This document shows positions 35,755 through 40,670 of a stretch of DNA of 40,670 nt, one piece after another. The notes beneath the pieces were generated by a model, which saw only the letters and a list, made by a program, of their open reading frames with translations, did not search any database and was not told where the DNA came from. This DNA is from Catajapyx aquilonaris (taxonomy: Eukaryota), in contig JYFJ02004584.1 of assembly GCA_000934665.2 (NCBI GenBank), forward strand, positions 1 to 40,670. The letters are read 5' to 3'. A program made the translations under genes and the position numbers. Within the stretch, counting starts at the first letter, position 1. Every line of letters starts with the position of its first letter.

Positions 35755-38503
35755 ATGAGCCGCCACAGTCTGCCTTCCCACTACCGGCCGCAATGCTTCT
35801 CCTCCGCCTTCTTCTGGGTGGCCCTGAGGACACTCAGCCTCATCCTTCTCTACTACTGTCTCTCCATCGGACTCACATTTTATCAGAATTGGGTCATGAA
35901 GGTATGCCAGGTGTTACATGCTGCAGAGGGTGTTTGCTTAAACATGTGTGACCCATGCTTGGTAAATACCAGAGACCCGCACATCCACAGGAATCATTGA
36001 ATCACTTTTGAACCATTGTTATTAACTAAGTGCTAATTTTTTTTACCAGTGTGAATGGCAGAGGAAGGCAACAATTTTCAAGACTTATTGTAAAACGTAC
36101 AAAATGCACTGTTGTTCGTTCATAATTAACTAGAATGTACCAAGGATTTAATCTCTAAAGCATGGTGTCTCAAATGATTTAAACAGCTGTCCAATTTGGG
36201 AGAGCAAAAGAGCCCATAGCTCCTTACAGAAACGTTTGCCTGGAGGAAATTTCCATTCTCCAGTTAAACTCTAATAAATAATTTTAATTTTTAATTAGCC
36301 TGTGAGTCTCTAATGGACCCACTGGTGTAAATGTACATGATTCTAGTGAAGTGAAATTCATATATATGTTTGGACTGCAGCACAGGGATGTTTCTACAAC
36401 CCCCTGAATGGATTTACTTTACAACTTGTCATTCGGAGGGTCTAGCACTTAAATCTAAATTGGTGAAAATCTGGTCGACTCACATACTTGGGGATGATAA
36501 AAAAGTCATTCATAACGAAGGAGTTTAAAATGCGCTTGCAGAAGTGAATCTTCATTCATTGGCTGCTTAAATCATAAATATCATGTATTTATGAGATCCA
36601 AAACATTTCCCCCAGGCAGGCTTTTCCACTGAATAAATTAATACAGTCCCAAATCTGGATACGTAACCATATGTGTTCAGTTGTTAAAACAGACGTTTTA
36701 AAATTCAGACCTGGTTAGTAGATGCAAGTTAAACAATGTTGTGTACTTTTATAACATTAATTCTTGAAAGTCACGATTATACTAATGAGTGTGGGGAAAG
36801 TAAAATGCCAGATATGCAGGATTGTTCTTGGTGCAGGTGCAAAACTCCAAGGTCGATAGAAGTCATTACTTATTCATCTAAGCCGCTAATACTGTACATA
36901 CCTTATGTAGAGTAGGGGTTCAATGTGGCTTCTAACTGTGCCCATGTGCATTATTTCAAGTTGTCTAGTTTCCTCTTGCTAGTAAAATCCATTATCAGTG
37001 TCGCAGCATTTCAATTAAATGCTGCATTTAAAAGGGAATTCCCTAAGCTTGATAAGTTTTTTTAAACTTCACCAAAAGTGCACGTAAAATAAGTTTTGAA
37101 TGAGTTCTGTCCATAAATATGACATTCACACATTCATGTTACCTCCAGGTTACCTCTTGCTGTCATGCTCATTTTGATCATGTTGAATTTTCACTGTTTC
37201 TTAACTTGTATATTGATTTATTTGCAGCAAATTAACTTTCCACTGCTGATAGTGGCCTGTCATTCAGTGGTCAAGTTTTTGCTGGCCTTTTTGTGCCGCT
37301 GCTTTTGGCAATGTGTATCTGGGAAACCACCAGTCACAATAGATTGGGGTCCGTATATAAAGAAGCTGGCACCAGCTGGAGTCACCAGTGTTTTGGACAT
37401 TGGCTTATCTAACTGGAGCCTGGAGCTGATAACTGTTTCGCTGTGAGTTCATCAATTCTGGGTTTTAAACTTTTCAGCAAAACTGATACCTGATTGTTGC
37501 AGGTACACCATGTCAAAGTCAACGGCAATAATTTTCATTTTGATTTTTGCCCTCATGTTCAAGCTGGAGAAAATGGTAAGTTGATTTGTACTCCCTTGTC
37601 AGTGCATACTAGACTTCCTGGAGTACTAAAATTGTCCATTATTTCAGCATTGGACCCTAGTGGTGATAGTACTGATGATCTCTGGAGGACTGGTCATGTT
37701 TACATACAAGTCAACCCAATTCAACTTGGAAGGGTTCTTATTAGTCATGAGTGCATCTCTTCTGAGTGGTCTAAGATGGACTTTAGCACAAATGGTTATG
37801 CAAAATTCCAAGCTGGGATTGGACAACCCCATCCACATGGTGTACCACATACAACCGTGGATGATCCTCACCATAACTCCCCTTGCCATTGGGCTTGAAG
37901 GTGATAACATTGAATGCATACTTATCCCATATTTGATTTCCTTGACAGTGTGGAAAAAATGCGATAGATCCAACTGTGTGAGGTGCAGATGCTTTTAAGA
38001 TTAACATGTCCTAACTATTTCCAGGTCAGCACCTTCTGGAGAACTGGAATTCTGCAGGGGAGCAACGTCCTGCAGAAATTCTTCACTGGAGCTCTGTAAT
38101 CCTTGCTGGAGCATTTCTTGCATTCCTTATGGAAGTTGCTGAGTTCTTGGTAGTTTCCTTCACATCCAGCCTGACCCTGTCAGTGGCTGGAATTTTCAAA
38201 GAGATATGCACACTAGGTTTAGCTATTCTAATCAATGGTGATCAGATGGGAATTGTTAACTTTATTGGTCTACTTATATGCTTAGGTGGAATAACATTCC
38301 ATGTTGTGTTCAAAGCTACCTATAGTGATGTGTATTCATCAAGGCGGACCTCTGTAAACAAAATAACCAACAGTAGGGATGGGAGTCCATCTTCCACACT
38401 GAGGTACTCTCAGCTGCCTCTTCTTCAAGACGACCTCAGCAATGGGGGAGATGAGGAAGAAGACGAGATGGAAGTGTACAGTGCAGCAGTTGAGAAAACC
38501 TAA
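35755..38503 (+). CDS. SLC35C2: Solute carrier family 35 member C2 (nucleotide-sugar transporter family), about 388 aa
   Basis: Exons 35755-35901, 37228-37442, 37503-37575, 37648-37900, 38025-38503. Motifs [67 protein letters not shown]. Confidence 0.94.
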
Positions 38504-39451
38504 TAATTGTGAACGTGGCCATTTATTCGGTTATAAGTGCCTTCTTCCTACTAAATATATTTCTTCCGTGGGTTTAATTCCTGCTTTTATTTAGAGCATT
38601 CCAGGCTTGTATTTTATTACAATTTTGTTACTATATTTTTGGGTTGTGAAGGTCTGAATCTTTTTGGGCATCTGTTGAAGAACCTAGTCATATGTCACCT
38701 GTACTTATGCCTTGTTGAGAAGGCTATTTGCTGCGTTGTACATGCCCCATTACTGGTTTTAGCTGGATCCCAAATGAAAAATAAATACAGAGCTATGTAC
38801 TTTATCTTGGAATTATTGTACCTGGTAGGGTAAAATGCTGTAGTTAAGGTATAAAATAAAACACATTTCATATGGTCACATGTTAATCCCTCGTGCCTTC
38901 TATCCAGTTTGCTGTTACGATATGGCAAGTCATGCAGCTGGTGGCCGTCTGTATTGGTCACCTATCTGGCCTGCTGATGATTCCTCCAAAAGAGGATCTG
39001 TGATTTGTGTAGTGTGGCCAAATTGGCTGTTAGACACTTTTTACTTGACTGCCATCGTGACTAGCTGAGATATACAACCAACTTGCCTCACAGGCACATA
39101 TTACGGCCTTACCATTTCTCCAAAATTTCAGCAGATATTAGCAAACTTGATGCTATCATTACTTTGATAAGGCCTGATGATTTGCCTTGACAGCTTAACT
39201 TCTCAAGCAGATTGTATCAGAGTTTCTCAAGTTGTTTCATTACCATTCATTGTTCATTCAACAGAATCCAGAAAAATAGCCTTTTAATTCAACTGGATAC
39301 CTGATTAAATATACATCATGTGACTGACCTGGCCATGCTTCTACCTCCCATCAGAATTGTTGTTGATGATTGTTGGGTGCCTTATGTCATTGCACTTTTT
39401 TGTCACATGACCAGTTCAATGCTATGTATGTGACAGATATAGGCAGATTAA

Positions 39452-39609
39452 GGTGCGTTTACATGTGAGCGATGTGATCGCCAGCGATAACAACACTGAG
39501 TAACCAGTATTGTTGGAGGCGAAAATCGATTGTTACTTTCACCTCAAACTATTGGTTATGTCACTCGGCTCTGACTTTGCTTGTCAAATCACTCACATGT
39601 AAACACCGT
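39452..39609. mobile_element. PIF/Harbinger-like MITE
   Basis: Inverted ends gtttacatgtgagcgat / atcactcacatgtaaac, with taa on the left and a tta-like flank on the right. Confidence 0.6.
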
Positions 39610-39619
39610 TTTAGTAATA

Positions 39620-40172
39620 CTAGCAGCGGTACCCGTTCTTCGCACGGGGAAAAAAGAGCGTGGATAATTACACCGAAAGCTTCTTAGATCTCAAGGAATA
39701 TTAAATGCAAAACTGCTCATTCCCTTGCATAATTATGTAGGCACTGGAAGGGTGTAAAAATGCTGGTTTGTTTGCGTAATAAAGAGCCACGCAACTATGG
39801 CTATGTGGTTATCAGAATACAAAAAGGTGGGACAGATGGAGAGAGAGACAAAGAGGAAAAATAAGAGAGGAAAGACTGGTATCTCTCTTAGTCTGTCTCC
39901 TATCCCAAAGACCTGTCCAACTTGGGCGGCCCTACCAGTAGACGAAACTACCGCCGGCATAGCTCTTCAGGATCATGGGAAAACGAAAGCCCACCACCAC
40001 GGCAAGGTGAAGATACATTGAGGGGAGGGGACATAAAAATTGGGATAAAAAAATTGGGGGAAGTGTAAAATTTGAAACCATTTACAGGCCTGTTTCTATG
40101 GTAATCACCAACAAAATTTTGTTGCCACAGGCAAACAGATGTTATTTTTTTGCCTTACATACGTTGATTATC
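39620..40172 (+). mobile_element. Possible non-autonomous Helitron-type insect repeat
   Basis: Begins actagc...cccgttcttcgcacggg (short hairpin), a start I recall from insect rolling-circle non-autonomous repeats. The 3' boundary is uncertain. Confidence 0.35.
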
Positions 40173-40366
40173 AAAATATGTTATTACTTAATTAATTAAT
40201 AGCAGCAAACCCGTGTGTAGTGTCTGGTACATATGTTGAACTTGGTGTCAGTCAACGTACACAGAAGTGATCGAAAGCGGAGGGAAAATTGGGCAGTGTT
40301 GTGCAATAATGGGTCAACCCACAAAAATGTCAAAATTGAGCCAAGCCCAGGAAAATACACCTAAAG

Positions 40367-40629
40367 CAGAGGTTCTTAACCTTTTAGGGCCTCCGCACCC
40401 CTTTGTAGACAATAAGTGGGTCCTTGTCGCACCCCTTATACCAGGGGTGATTGATTAAGCTCATAGTTAGACCAGTTATTAGCTCTTGGTTAGATTAAGT
40501 CCAGAGGTGCACCTTGCTCGCACCCCCCAGGGAAGCCCATCGCACCCCCCAGGGAAGCCCATCGCACCCCCCGGGGAAGCCCATCGCACCCCCTGGAGAT
40601 GCGCGGGCACCCCAGGCTAAGAACCTCTG
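40367..40629. mobile_element. hAT-like MITE containing a 22-bp tandem repeat
   Basis: TIRs cagaggttctta / taagaacctctg. TSD acctaaag / gcctaaag. Unit tcgcaccccccagggaagccca starts at 40518, 40540, 40562 and (partial) 40584. Confidence 0.85.
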
Positions 40630-40670
40630 GCCTAAAGAATCCTACTTCATTCAGTTAAAATCACGCAGGT

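Noticed and set aside
40518..40595. CRISPR-like repeat array
   Set aside because: Head-to-tail repeats with no unique spacers, in eukaryotic DNA with no cas genes.

Overview
Eukaryotic, intron-containing genomic DNA, most likely from an insect or other arthropod (ZAD-type zinc-finger gene, insect-style tRNA SINEs and MITEs). I hand-spliced seven protein-coding genes with consistent exon phases: PSMA3 (-), RPL17 (+), a multi-domain Bcl-2-family gene with MCL1-like features (-), ariadne-1/ARIH1 (-), a ZAD-C2H2 zinc-finger gene with a GC-AG intron (+), Sec15/EXOC6 (-) and SLC35C2 (+). Six of them form three head-to-head pairs. Introns and spacers carry about a dozen short non-autonomous elements (hAT-, Kolobok-, Transib-, piggyBac- and Harbinger-like MITEs, two tRNA-derived SINEs). 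The most unusual signals are: a second, homologous N-terminal exon in EXOC6; a Bim/Bmf-type LC8-binding motif in the Bcl-2-family protein; a hidden two-exon 127-aa orphan ORF downstream of that gene; and one SINE family with swapped 3' tails. No prokaryote-type system (CRISPR etc.) is present, and I cannot show that any of these is a wholly new biological system.
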